Source: a bacterium
GTDB lineage: Bacteria; Hinthialibacterota; Hinthialibacteria; Hinthialibacterales; Hinthialibacteraceae
DNA: 52,936 bases
Assembly (NCBI GenBank): GCA_041946805.1
Contig: JBHGBC010000022.1
Location: 1-52,936 of the forward strand
Direction of reading: 5' to 3'
Shown here: positions 36,280-45,472 of the stretch, in pieces
How positions within the stretch are numbered: the first letter of the stretch is position 1
Layout of the letters: each line of letters starts with the position of its first letter
Program-made: the position numbers and the translations under genes
Notes under the pieces: model-generated
What the model was told of the DNA's origin: nothing
Database searches by the model: none
Seen by the model: only the letters and a program-made list of their open reading frames with translations

Positions 36280-37233
36280 TCACGGAACGCTGTCCACGTT
36301 GTCCTTGGTGATCAACTCGATTTTGACCGGGATATTTTCCGGAATAGTTTCTCCGCGCAGGACCTTGACCGCGCTTTCCACGGCCACCCGTCCCATCTCA
36401 TCGGGGAACTGGGCGACCGAACCGGCCATGATCCCATCCCGGATGGCCTGCCGCGCCTCGTCGATGGCGTCGAAGCCCACTACGGCGATCTGCCCCTTGC
36501 GGCCCGCGGCGGCGATCGCTTCCACCGCCCCCAGGGCCATCATGTCGTTGGTGGCGAACACGCCTTGGATATCCGGGTGGGATTGTAGGATATTTTGGCA
36601 GACATTATACCCTTGGTCCCGCTCGGTGTTGGCCGGCTGCGAAGCCGCGACTTTCAGCTGCGAAACGCCCTGGATGCCGTCCATGAATCCCTGCAAGCGC
36701 GAATCGTGAGTTTCATGCCCCGGAATCCCCTCCAGGATGGCGACGGAGGCCGGTTGGGTGAATTTCTTGGCGAAATACTGGCCCGCAAGCAGTCCGCCCT
36801 GGTGGTTGTCCGATCCGATAAAGGTGACAAATTTCACGTTCATTTCCCGGGCGGTTTTTTCGTCCACCTTGGTATCCACGATCAACACCGGGATGCCCGC
36901 CTGGTTGGCCTTGGCGATGGCGGCCACGACCTCCCGTGAACCGCTGGGAGTGATGCACAACGCGTTGACCTTGGCTTCGATCAGGTTCTCGATGATTTGC
37001 ATTTGCCGCTCGACGTCGATTTCCCGGTCGGCGGCCTGCACGATCAAATCCACGTTCAAATCCCGGGCGGCCTGCCGCGCGCCCTCTTCCATGCGGATGA
37101 AAAACGGATTGTTCAATACTTTCATCACGAATCCGATACGCAATTTTTCCGTTCCCGCCGGCGGGACTCCGCGATTGCATCCGGTGAGGCCTATCCCCAC
37201 CAGGCACGCCAGAATGATCGGCCATCGTTTCAT
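36280..37233 (-). CDS. Sugar ABC transporter substrate-binding lipoprotein (RbsB-like; probably inositol)
   Basis: Lipobox [30 protein letters not shown]. Start at ATG 37233 (GGAGG RBS). Confidence 0.9.
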   Translation of the reverse strand: MKRWPIILACLVGIGLTGCNRGVPPAGTEKLRIGFVMKVLNNPFFIRMEEGARQAARDLNVDLIVQAADREIDVERQMQIIENLIEAKVNALCITPSGSREVVAAIAKANQAGIPVLIVDTKVDEKTAREMNVKFVTFIGSDNHQGGLLAGQYFAKKFTQPASVAILEGIPGHETHDSRLQGFMDGIQGVSQLKVAASQPANTERDQGYNVCQNILQSHPDIQGVFATNDMMALGAVEAIAAAGRKGQIAVVGFDAIDEARQAIRDGIMAGSVAQFPDEMGRVAVESAVKVLRGETIPENIPVKIELITKDNVDSVP

Positions 37234-37245
37234 GTGAACCTCCAT

Positions 37246-38223
37246 TTACTTTTTGCGCCGTGATTTGAGATATGTATCCAACAACGCGGCGGCCACGATC
37301 ACCGCACCGATGACGATGTTCTGAAAATTGGAGGTGATGTTCAAGAGGTTCAGCCCGTTACGCAACACCTGGATGATGAACGCCCCGATCAGCGTCCCCA
37401 CGATGTTGCCTTCGCCCCCCATCAGGCTGGTTCCGCCGATGACGGTGGCGGCGATGGCGTCCAGTTCGTAATTGATGCCCGCCAACGGGCTGGCGGAATT
37501 CAAACGCGCGGTCAGCAGCACGGCCGCGGCCGCCGTGGTAAGGCCGGACAATCCGTAGATCAAGGTCTTGTACACGTGGATATTGACGCCGGAAAGGCGC
37601 ACGGCGGTTTCATTGCCGCCGATGGCGTAGGTATAGCGCCCCAGGCTGGTGCGGCTGAGGACCGCGTGGGCCGCCAGGTACATCCCGGTCATGATCCACA
37701 CCGGGATGGGCAGGCCGAGCCAGGTCCCTTGGGCCAGAAGCCGGAACGGCTCTGCGAAGCCGGAGATGGGGCGTCCGCCGGTATAAACCAAGGCCCCCCC
37801 CCGCGCCACGCTCATCATCCCGAGGGTCACGATGAAGGGCGGCAGGCGTCCCCAGCAAACGAGCGCGCCGTTCACGGTACCGCATCCAAAGCCCCCGGCC
37901 AGCGCGGTCCCCACCGCCAGGGGAAGAGACCAGCCCGCATGCAAGAGCGAGGCCAAGACCACACCCACCAAGGCGAGCACCGATCCCACGGAGAGGTCGA
38001 TGCCCGCGGTGAGGATGACGAAGGTCATGCCGATCGAAACAATGGCGTTGACCGAGGCCTGCTGCGCCACGTTCGTCAGGTTCGAAGAAGTGAAGAAATG
38101 CGGCGTGGCGATCGAAAGCAACAGGCAGAGGACAATCAACCCGGCCAGCGGTCCCCCATTCCGTTTGAAAAGGCGGGATACGAAGCGAATGACCCGAAAC
38201 ACATCACCCATTCGAAATATCAA
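37246..38223 (-). CDS. Sugar ABC transporter permease (RbsC-like)
   Basis: GIDLSVGS, PPFIVTLG, GRYTYAIGGNE.A.RLSG, YELDAIAATVIGGTSL.GGEG. Exact start uncertain (38223 or 38211). Confidence 0.92.
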   Translation of the reverse strand: MIFRMGDVFRVIRFVSRLFKRNGGPLAGLIVLCLLLSIATPHFFTSSNLTNVAQQASVNAIVSIGMTFVILTAGIDLSVGSVLALVGVVLASLLHAGWSLPLAVGTALAGGFGCGTVNGALVCWGRLPPFIVTLGMMSVARGGALVYTGGRPISGFAEPFRLLAQGTWLGLPIPVWIMTGMYLAAHAVLSRTSLGRYTYAIGGNETAVRLSGVNIHVYKTLIYGLSGLTTAAAAVLLTARLNSASPLAGINYELDAIAATVIGGTSLMGGEGNIVGTLIGAFIIQVLRNGLNLLNITSNFQNIVIGAVIVAAALLDTYLKSRRKK

Positions 38224-38358
38224 TCCATATTAAATCCAAGATCGAATCCACTCTTGATCATCTTACCATCTTTTGCTAAGACTCTGGTAGTCAACAAGCG
38301 GGAAACGGCAGGTACATCCATCATATGCCGTGATTGGATGATGCGGAGAACGCATTTC

Positions 38359-38452
38359 GAACCACGGATCAGCCGGATGAAAAAGGATTCCATGGAGAAC
38401 AGCATTAAAAAATCCGTGTCATCCGTGGAGTTTTTCAAGGCATCCGTGGTTC
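38359..38452. repeat. 94-bp element with 11-bp terminal inverted repeats (MITE-like)
   Basis: GAACCACGGAT (38359-69) / ATCCGTGGTTC (38442-52), with internal ATCCGTG iterations. Confidence 0.6.
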
Positions 38453-38482
38453 AAACGCGCACGGCAGGGGCAGGATGAAGAT

Positions 38483-38610
38483 GTAGGTGGGTTCAAAGCG
38501 CAACGTTACTCATCAACATGATCAGAGTCCCCTTCAGGAGACGGCTTTACAGCAGCCCAGGGGTTCAACCCTGGGCCGGGAGCCTGGATCCCCGCTTTCG
38601 CGGGGATGAC
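38483..38610. repeat. Cluster of three palindromic repeats: GTAG REP, 53-bp repeat copy 2, GGATCCCCGC-type hairpin
   Basis: 38483-38517 GTAGGTGGGTTCAAAGCGCAACG...; 38525-38577; 38584-38610 CTGGATCCCCGCTTTCGCGGGGATGAC (related copy at 50152-50176). Confidence 0.75.
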
Positions 38611-38677
38611 GTCCTTAAAAGACTATTAGGAAAAGATCAGCCCTCTGGATGAGGGCTCGATACCCGGGGAGGCGAGT

Positions 38678-40549
38678 ATGAGCGGCACACGGCGTTTGAC
38701 GATGGCCCAGGCGATGCTCCAGTTCTTGTGCAACCAATACGTGGAGCGGGACGGGATTGAACACCAGTTTTTTCAAGGCGTTTTCGGCATCTTCGGCCAT
38801 GGGATGGTCGCGGGGCTGGGACTGGCGCTGGAGGAATACAAAGACCAAATCCGGTATTATCAATGCCGGAATGAACAAGGCATGGTGCACACCGCCACCG
38901 CCTTCGCGAAGGAAAAGAACCGGCTGCAGGCGATGATCTGCACCAGTTCCATCGGCCCCGGAGCGACCAACATGATCACCGGCGCGGCCACCGCCACCAT
39001 CAACCGGATCCCCGTGCTGCTCTTGCCCGGCGACATCTTCGCGCGGCGCAACGTGGCTCCCGTGCTGCAACAATTGGAATCACCGAATACCCAAGACATT
39101 TCCGTCAACGATTGTTTCAAGCCGGTCAGCCGCTACTGGGACCGTATCAACCGCCCCGATCAAATCCTCACCGCGCTGCCCGAAGCCCTGCGCGTGCTGA
39201 CCAGCCCCGCCGACACCGGCGCGGTCACCATCGCCATTCCCCAGGACGTGCAAACCGAAGCCTGCGACTACCCCGAGGAATTCTTCCGCAAGCGCGTGCA
39301 TCATATACCGCGGCCCCGGCCCGAGGAGGTGATGCTGGACCGCGCCGTGCAGTGGATCAAGGAAAGCAAGCGGCCCATGATCATCTCCGGCGGCGGCGTC
39401 CTGTATTCCGAGGCCAGTCCGGAACTAGCGGCGTTTTGCGAAGCCACGGGAATTCCCTTTTCAGAGACCCAAGCGGGCAAGGGATCGCTGCCGTGGGACC
39501 ATCCGTGCAACCTGGGGGCCATCGGCGTCACGGGGACCTTGTCCGCGAACCGGATCGCACGGGACGCCGACTTGGTCATCAACATCGGCACGCGCCTGAG
39601 CGATTTCACCACGGCGTCCAAGACCCAGTTTGAAAATCCCAACGTGCGCTTCATCGGCTTGAACATCGGGACATTCGACGCGGTGAAGCACAGCGCCCTG
39701 CCCTTGATCTGTGACGCCAAAGTGGGGCTGCGGGATCTAACGCAGCGCTTGCAGGCCGCCGGCTACAAAACAACCGATACCTACCAGGCGGAAATCCGCC
39801 AATTGATCGCGGAATGGAACCAGGAAGCGGAGCGGTTGTTCAACCTCGGGGCCGATCCCATCAGCCAGGGCGAAGTGATCGGCATCGTCACGAATTTCGC
39901 CGGGCCGAAAGACATCATGGTCTGCGCGGCGGGCGGCCTGCCGGGCGATTTGCACAAACTGTGGCGTGCAAAAGCCCCCAAGGGCTATCACCTGGAATAC
40001 GGCTATTCGTGCATGGGATACGAAATCGCCGGCGGGCTGGGCGTGAAGATGGCCGATCCCTCGCACGAAGTCTATGTCATGGTGGGCGACGGCTCGTACC
40101 TGATGCTTTCCAACGAGCTGGTCACCTCGATCCAGGAAGGCTATAAACTGACCGTCGTGTTCCTGGACAACCATGGATTCAACTGCATCCGCGGCCTGGC
40201 GGCATCGTGCGGCAGCCACGGCTTCGGGAACCAGTTCAAGTTCCGCGATCCGCAGACCGGTTTGCTGACGGGGAACAACCTGCCGATCGATTTCGCCGCC
40301 AACGCGGCCAGCCTGGGCGCCTGCGTGCTGAAGGCCAACACCCGCGCTGAACTGGAAGAAGCCCTGGTGAAGGCTAAAAACTGCAGCCGGACCACGCTGA
40401 TCGCCATTGAAGTGAATCCCGAGGTCTACGTTCCCGGCTATGATTCGTGGTGGGATGTGGCCGTGCCCGAAGTGTCCGGAATGGAAAGCATCCGCCAGGC
40501 CCGCGCCGCTTACGAGGAAAAGCGGAAGAAGGAACGGTATTTCTTGTAA
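38678..40549 (+). CDS. iolD: 3D-(3,5/4)-trihydroxycyclohexane-1,2-dione acylhydrolase (ThDP-dependent)
   Basis: RLTMAQA, GIFGHG, RNEQGM, TSSIGPGATNM, YHLEYGYSCMGYE, GDGSYLM, SWWDV; GGAGG RBS. Confidence 0.96.
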   Translation: MSGTRRLTMAQAMLQFLCNQYVERDGIEHQFFQGVFGIFGHGMVAGLGLALEEYKDQIRYYQCRNEQGMVHTATAFAKEKNRLQAMICTSSIGPGATNMITGAATATINRIPVLLLPGDIFARRNVAPVLQQLESPNTQDISVNDCFKPVSRYWDRINRPDQILTALPEALRVLTSPADTGAVTIAIPQDVQTEACDYPEEFFRKRVHHIPRPRPEEVMLDRAVQWIKESKRPMIISGGGVLYSEASPELAAFCEATGIPFSETQAGKGSLPWDHPCNLGAIGVTGTLSANRIARDADLVINIGTRLSDFTTASKTQFENPNVRFIGLNIGTFDAVKHSALPLICDAKVGLRDLTQRLQAAGYKTTDTYQAEIRQLIAEWNQEAERLFNLGADPISQGEVIGIVTNFAGPKDIMVCAAGGLPGDLHKLWRAKAPKGYHLEYGYSCMGYEIAGGLGVKMADPSHEVYVMVGDGSYLMLSNELVTSIQEGYKLTVVFLDNHGFNCIRGLAASCGSHGFGNQFKFRDPQTGLLTGNNLPIDFAANAASLGACVLKANTRAELEEALVKAKNCSRTTLIAIEVNPEVYVPGYDSWWDVAVPEVSGMESIRQARAAYEEKRKKERYFL

Positions 40550-40604
40550 AAAGTTAAAGGATGGATGAAGCCTGCCGAAGGATTGCCATTTCAGGATTGT
40601 TGAT

Positions 40605-40683
40605 CCTCACCCCGGCCCTCTCCCAGTGGGAGAGGGAGGAGGGGCGGGAGGGATGGATTGCGGCGGACGCGCTAATCCAGCCT
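40605..40683 (+). repeat. Family A palindrome plus GTAG-type REP
   Basis: CCTCACCCCGGCCCTCTCCCAGTGGGAGAGGGA (40605-37) and GGATGGATTG...GCTAATCCAGCCT (40651-83). Confidence 0.75.
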
Positions 40684-40696
40684 CTTATTGTTTAGG

Positions 40697-40822
40697 GTTC
40701 ATCCCGGAAGCGCCTACTTAATGAGGCATAATCGATTCCATTCACTCCGGGATGAGGGCGGACACCCAGGTCCGCCCCGACAAAACGACCCTCACCCCGG
40801 CCCTCTCCCAGTGGGAGAGGGA
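40697..40822 (+). repeat. ~125-bp composite repeat, copy 1
   Basis: Aligns over its length with 42831-42955 (CATCC.GGAAGCGC.TAC...ATGAGG...AATCGAT...CCGGGAT.AGGGCGGA...GGTCCGCCCC...CCCTCACCC...GGGAGAGGGA). Confidence 0.8.
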
Positions 40823-40925
40823 GGAGGTAAGAAAAGATCTGTTTCGGGGGTGAGGGGGGATATCGTAGTGGCGGACCTCAGTGTCTACCCGGGTTGAAAA
40901 TCCCACATAATATAAAGGAAACGGA

Positions 40926-42026
40926 ATGAATCAAACCCCATATCTCGGGCCCTTGCATGAAATGACCTGTACGACGCCCACGGATCTCTGGAACGATTCG
41001 TGCTCGGTGGCGGAACTGACCTACGCTTTGAAGCACGGGGCGGTAGGAGCGACCACCAATCCCGTTATCGTGGGCGAAGTCCTCCAGAAGGAACTGCATT
41101 TGTGGGAAGAACCGATCGGCCGGCTGCTGAGCGCAAATCCCACGGCCACCGAAGACGATCTGGCCTGGAAACTGATCGAAAGCATGGCAGTAAAAGGGGC
41201 GGAGTTGTTGTTGCCGGTGTACGAGCGGGAAAACCACCGCAAGGGCAAACTCTCGATCCAGACCCATCCCCAGTATTACCGTGACGCGGAGCGGATCACC
41301 CGGCAGGCGCAGCATTTCAGCCGCCTGGCGCCCAATATGCAAATCAAGATACCGGTCACCCAGGCGGGGCTGCAAGCCATGGAGGAGGCCACATACCAGG
41401 GGCTGTCGATCAATGCCACGGTCAGTTTCACCGTTCCCCAGGCCATCGCCGTGGCCGAAGCGGTGGAGCGGGGACTTAAAAAACGCGAGGCGGAAGGCCT
41501 CGGCCTGGAGGGGATTTCCCCGGTGTGCACCATCATGGTGGGACGGATGGATGACTGGTTGCGCGCCGTGGCCGAACGGGACGATATCATCACCGATCCC
41601 GGCCATCTCAATTGGGCGGGCGTCGCGGTGATGAAAAAAGCCTACCAGATCTATCACGCGCGCGGCTACCGGGCGCGTTTGCTGTCCGCCGCCTACCGGT
41701 GCCACATGCACTGGTCCGAGTTCATCGGCGGGGATGTGATCGTCAGCATCCCCTATGTTTGGCAGGTGCGTTTCAACCAGTCGGATGTCAAGGCCGTTCC
41801 CCGCATGGACAATCCCGTGCCCGGACTGGTCGTTGACGAATTGCTGCGGAAATTCGTGGATTTCCGCCGGGCCTACGAGGAGGACGGCATGACGCCCGCC
41901 GAGTTCGATGCCTTCGGGGCGACGGTTCGCACTCTGCGCCAGTTCATCGGCGGCTACGAATCGCTGGTCCACTTCATCCGGGAACGCCTGCTGCCCAATC
42001 CCGATCTGCGAAAGGCGAAAAAATGA
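40926..42026 (+). CDS. Transaldolase-family protein (divergent), embedded in the iol cluster
   Basis: WNDS, GATTNP, Schiff-base lysine motif QIKIP, INATVSF, MVGRMDD, AAYR. Stop overlaps the iolB start (ATGA). Confidence 0.9.
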   Translation: MNQTPYLGPLHEMTCTTPTDLWNDSCSVAELTYALKHGAVGATTNPVIVGEVLQKELHLWEEPIGRLLSANPTATEDDLAWKLIESMAVKGAELLLPVYERENHRKGKLSIQTHPQYYRDAERITRQAQHFSRLAPNMQIKIPVTQAGLQAMEEATYQGLSINATVSFTVPQAIAVAEAVERGLKKREAEGLGLEGISPVCTIMVGRMDDWLRAVAERDDIITDPGHLNWAGVAVMKKAYQIYHARGYRARLLSAAYRCHMHWSEFIGGDVIVSIPYVWQVRFNQSDVKAVPRMDNPVPGLVVDELLRKFVDFRRAYEEDGMTPAEFDAFGATVRTLRQFIGGYESLVHFIRERLLPNPDLRKAKK

Positions 42027-42796
42027 ACCAAGACTTGATCCGGCTTCCCTACGATCCCCCGTTGCGGGCGGGCTGGAATCCTCTGGTCGAAGACGATCCG
42101 GAAGTCCAAATGGTGTTGGGAATTCAATGCCTCGGCGGAGGCGAATCGGTTCCCTTTTACTCCATCAGCGATGAAACCGCCCTGCTCTTGCTGGAAGGCC
42201 GGGGATCGGTCGAAGTGGAAGAAAAGACAACTCCATACCAGCGGGATTCATGGATCGAGGAGAATCCCCTGGTGGTCCACGCGCCGCGGGGCGTGCAAAT
42301 CTTGGTGCGTGCGGAAACCGCGGCCGAATTCGCCGTGGTCCGGACTCCTAATCCGGAGAAGTTTGATCCCCGGGTCTATCTTCCCAAAGACATCGCCATC
42401 GATCACCGGGGCAAAGGCATCCTCGACGATGCCTGCTACCGCATCGTGCGCACGGTATTCGACCGGACCACCGCGCCCGAAGCGGCGCGGCTGGTGCTGG
42501 GCGAAGTGGTGAACTTCCCGGGGCGCTGGAGCAGCTTTCCGCCGCATCATCACCCCCAGCCGGAATTGTACTATTACCGGTTCGCGCCCGAATGGGGATA
42601 CGGTCACGGCGAGGTGGGCGAGACCGTTTATAAGTTGCGGAATCACGATGTCACGCGGATCACGAACAACCGGGACCATTCCCAGACCGCCGCTCCGGGA
42701 ATCTACATGTACTATCTCTGGACCATCCGCCATCTGCCGGGCCATCCCTATACCGGTTGGGAATACACGCAGCCGTTCGAGACGCTGCTGGAGTGA
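42023..42796 (+). CDS. iolB: 5-deoxy-glucuronate isomerase
   Basis: RLVLGEVVNFPGRWSSFPPHHHPQPELYYYRF, H.Q.AAPG..MYYLW (KduI/IolB cupin). Confidence 0.9.
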   Translation: MNQDLIRLPYDPPLRAGWNPLVEDDPEVQMVLGIQCLGGGESVPFYSISDETALLLLEGRGSVEVEEKTTPYQRDSWIEENPLVVHAPRGVQILVRAETAAEFAVVRTPNPEKFDPRVYLPKDIAIDHRGKGILDDACYRIVRTVFDRTTAPEAARLVLGEVVNFPGRWSSFPPHHHPQPELYYYRFAPEWGYGHGEVGETVYKLRNHDVTRITNNRDHSQTAAPGIYMYYLWTIRHLPGHPYTGWEYTQPFETLLE

Positions 42797-42830
42797 ATGG
42801 ATAATTCCTGTTTGCCGAAAAAAGAATCCG

Positions 42831-42955
42831 GTCCATCCGGGAAGCGCGTACATCATGAGGTAAAATCGATCCTCTTCCCGCCGGGATAAGGGCGGATGCA
42901 AGGTCCGCCCCAACCAAAATACCCTCACCCTGGCCTTCTCCCAGAGGGAGAGGGA
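42831..42955 (+). repeat. ~125-bp composite repeat, copy 2
   Basis: Matches 40697-40822; a further degenerate family A copy lies at 43043-43076. Confidence 0.8.
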
Positions 42956-43265
42956 AATTAGGGGGTGGTTGTCATCGATCCTTTCGAAGAGATGCGATCC
43001 GGCAATCAAAAAAGTCCGCCTTTGCCGGATCCGCCAAAAATTCTCACCCACCGCTCTCCCAGGAAGAGGAGCGGGAAAGAGGATATTGGCTTGCCGGCTT
43101 GAATCAGGAGGAAGGTCAGCGGGCCGAGATTGAATCCCAAGGCGGAAATAGCAGGAGTCCGTGGCATCGTGCCCCTGCTTTGTTCAGTGAATCGAAATAG
43201 AAGGAATACGATTCAAACCGGTTTGTTCTATCGCAGCCAAAGCGATCCTTCCCTTGTCCTATCGC

Positions 43266-45347
43266 TCACATCACCGGCTGGGCCTCGAGTTGGACGCGGA
43301 ATTCGCCGGAGTTGGTCACCTCTCCCTTTTCGGAGGTGCATTGGATCTTGATGTAATACCAAACCCCCGGTTGCAGGTTTTCCAGCGGGATCTGATGCCG
43401 GGTGGCCGCGAATTCGCTGACCGGCTGCATGCGGTCGTAAACCGGCAATTGCGTGGTCACGAAAATGCGGGAGGTGGAAGGCCAGGCGCTGGTCCATTGC
43501 ACTTCCGCCCCGGAAGGTCCGGTCTGGCGGATGACGACGTTCTGGATCTTGTTCCAATTCCGTTCCCGCGCGCCGAACAAGACCCGCGGGAAACTATGGC
43601 GGATCACTGAAACCCATTCGCGGATCCGGCCGGGATCGCCGGGCCGGACTTCTCCCCCGTAATTCCGCTCGATCTCATCGGCCAGCCGTTCCAGGCGTTG
43701 CAAGTTCGCCTCCAGGCATAAGGCTTCGTCCTCGTCCTTGGTGGATTCCCAGAGTTGGAGGCCCCAGTAGGTTTGTTTGGCGTAATACATCACTTCGGCC
43801 ATGCGGCGTTCATGCACCAGACGCCGGTTGAGGTCCTCGTATTCCATGGGATGCAGGTTGTTGCGGATGTTCTCCAGATCCTGCAGCGCCTGCTCCAGGC
43901 CGTTCATGGCCTCGTAGGCCTCCTGGGTGATGTCCAGCAGCGTCTGTTTGCGGGGCGCCCGCAATTCCCGGCAGGCGTACTGGTAACCCTGTCCCAGGCG
44001 CTGTTCCCATTTTTCCGCCAGCCGCCGGTTCACCTGACCGGGCAGCGGCAAATCGCCCTGATCGGCGAACAAAAAGCACTGTTTCACGAACGCCAACTTG
44101 CAGGCCCACAAGTAGGAGGACTCGTAAATCTTCCGCAATGTCTGCCCTTCCCGGGTCATGGGGGCCGCGCCGTAGGTGCGCTGGATCCAATCGGTCCAGG
44201 GCACGGCGGGAATGGTCTCCGGATTCCGGGCGAGTTCCGCCAGCGCCAGGAGGTTGACCGCGTTGAGTGAGTTGTAAACCGCTCCGGCGGCCAGGTGCAC
44301 GGGCGTGACCATGCCCCGCCAATTCTCCCGGCCCAGGCCGGAATTGTACCGTCCCAATTCGCCGCCCAGGCTAACGAGAAACCGCGGGCCGCCGAAGACC
44401 CCCCCGGCAAGATCGCACAGGATCATCCGGGGACGCGCCGCCAGTTCGTCCAGATAGGGATTGACCGGCCCCACCATCGCGCCCTGCGGCAGGTTCAGGG
44501 GCAGAACCAGGGTGAAACTGTCGGCGGGGTAGGCGCTCAGGGCTTCGGTGATCCAATCGATGGCCTGCAGGGAAGAGGCGTTCACATACAGGAAAAGCCG
44601 CTTGCCCATTTCGTCCACGATCACCGGCTTGACCATGTCGATAATGAACCGGATCCGGTCCGGCATGGCGGTGTTCGTGAACCCGCTGGGGATCTCCGCG
44701 TTCCACGGCTCCAGCAACGCGCCGTCAAACGAAAGCACCACGCCGTCGATCTCGGGGATGGCGGTCAGCGCGGTCCGGTAGGCAGCCTGCCGGGCCGCCA
44801 CCAGGGGATCCGTGATCAGAAAGCGGAAGTTCTTCGATTCCAGGTGCAGTTCGCGGCTCCAGACCAGCGTGTCGATGCCCTGGGCGTCCAATTGCCGGGC
44901 CAGTTGGCGCACGAAATCGCCCTGGCTGGAATCCAAGATCAAATCATCGACCGCCTGCAGCACATCGCCGCCCACCTGCACCTGGGTGACCTGGCCTTCG
45001 GCCGCGGCTCCCAGCAGGTCCTCGGCCGAAAAACGGTCCCGCGATCCCACCAGCCAGCCCACTTCGAACGCCGCGTGGCTCAAGGGATGCGCGATCGGGG
45101 AAACCGGCTGGGCCGGCTCGATCAATTCTTGCGGCTCGATATTCTCCACCCCGGGAACGGGCGTGGAGGTCTGCGGCCGGGAAGCCGCTCCGGCGGGCGG
45201 TTGCCCGGGAACGATCACGGGCGGTTCCCACGGCGCGGGGGCGCTAGCGCAGCCGGTCAGCAGACAGAAACCCATCCAGGGGATTATCAGCCCCGCGAGA
45301 CGGCGCAACCAGCCGCCGGCCGGGATCGAAGATGTCCGTATCATCAT
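43266..45347 (-). CDS. Hypothetical lipoprotein; possible glycoside-hydrolase-like alpha/beta core and C-terminal FN3-like domain
   Basis: Lipobox LLTGC, Pro-rich linker, AIPEIDGVVL, C-terminal H.I.LENLQPGVWYYIKI (FN3-like). Start uncertain: the ORF extends to 45476; 45347 gives a plausible signal peptide. Confidence 0.6.
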   Translation of the reverse strand: MMIRTSSIPAGGWLRRLAGLIIPWMGFCLLTGCASAPAPWEPPVIVPGQPPAGAASRPQTSTPVPGVENIEPQELIEPAQPVSPIAHPLSHAAFEVGWLVGSRDRFSAEDLLGAAAEGQVTQVQVGGDVLQAVDDLILDSSQGDFVRQLARQLDAQGIDTLVWSRELHLESKNFRFLITDPLVAARQAAYRTALTAIPEIDGVVLSFDGALLEPWNAEIPSGFTNTAMPDRIRFIIDMVKPVIVDEMGKRLFLYVNASSLQAIDWITEALSAYPADSFTLVLPLNLPQGAMVGPVNPYLDELAARPRMILCDLAGGVFGGPRFLVSLGGELGRYNSGLGRENWRGMVTPVHLAAGAVYNSLNAVNLLALAELARNPETIPAVPWTDWIQRTYGAAPMTREGQTLRKIYESSYLWACKLAFVKQCFLFADQGDLPLPGQVNRRLAEKWEQRLGQGYQYACRELRAPRKQTLLDITQEAYEAMNGLEQALQDLENIRNNLHPMEYEDLNRRLVHERRMAEVMYYAKQTYWGLQLWESTKDEDEALCLEANLQRLERLADEIERNYGGEVRPGDPGRIREWVSVIRHSFPRVLFGARERNWNKIQNVVIRQTGPSGAEVQWTSAWPSTSRIFVTTQLPVYDRMQPVSEFAATRHQIPLENLQPGVWYYIKIQCTSEKGEVTNSGEFRVQLEAQPVM

Positions 45348-45472
45348 GGAACGCGGCCTTTCCATCCCAGCGCGAAGGGATTGATCCTCAGGCTCCTGAT
45401 GCCTGCGTGGCAGGTCCTTCATTCTAAGTCCCTCCGGCCCATTTGTGTATATTCCCCGAAGGGCCGCTCCGC

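Noticed and set aside
17174..43076. CRISPR array made of the ~34-bp family A repeats
   Set aside because: Copies are dispersed singly in intergenic regions, in both orientations, without regular spacers; no cas genes.
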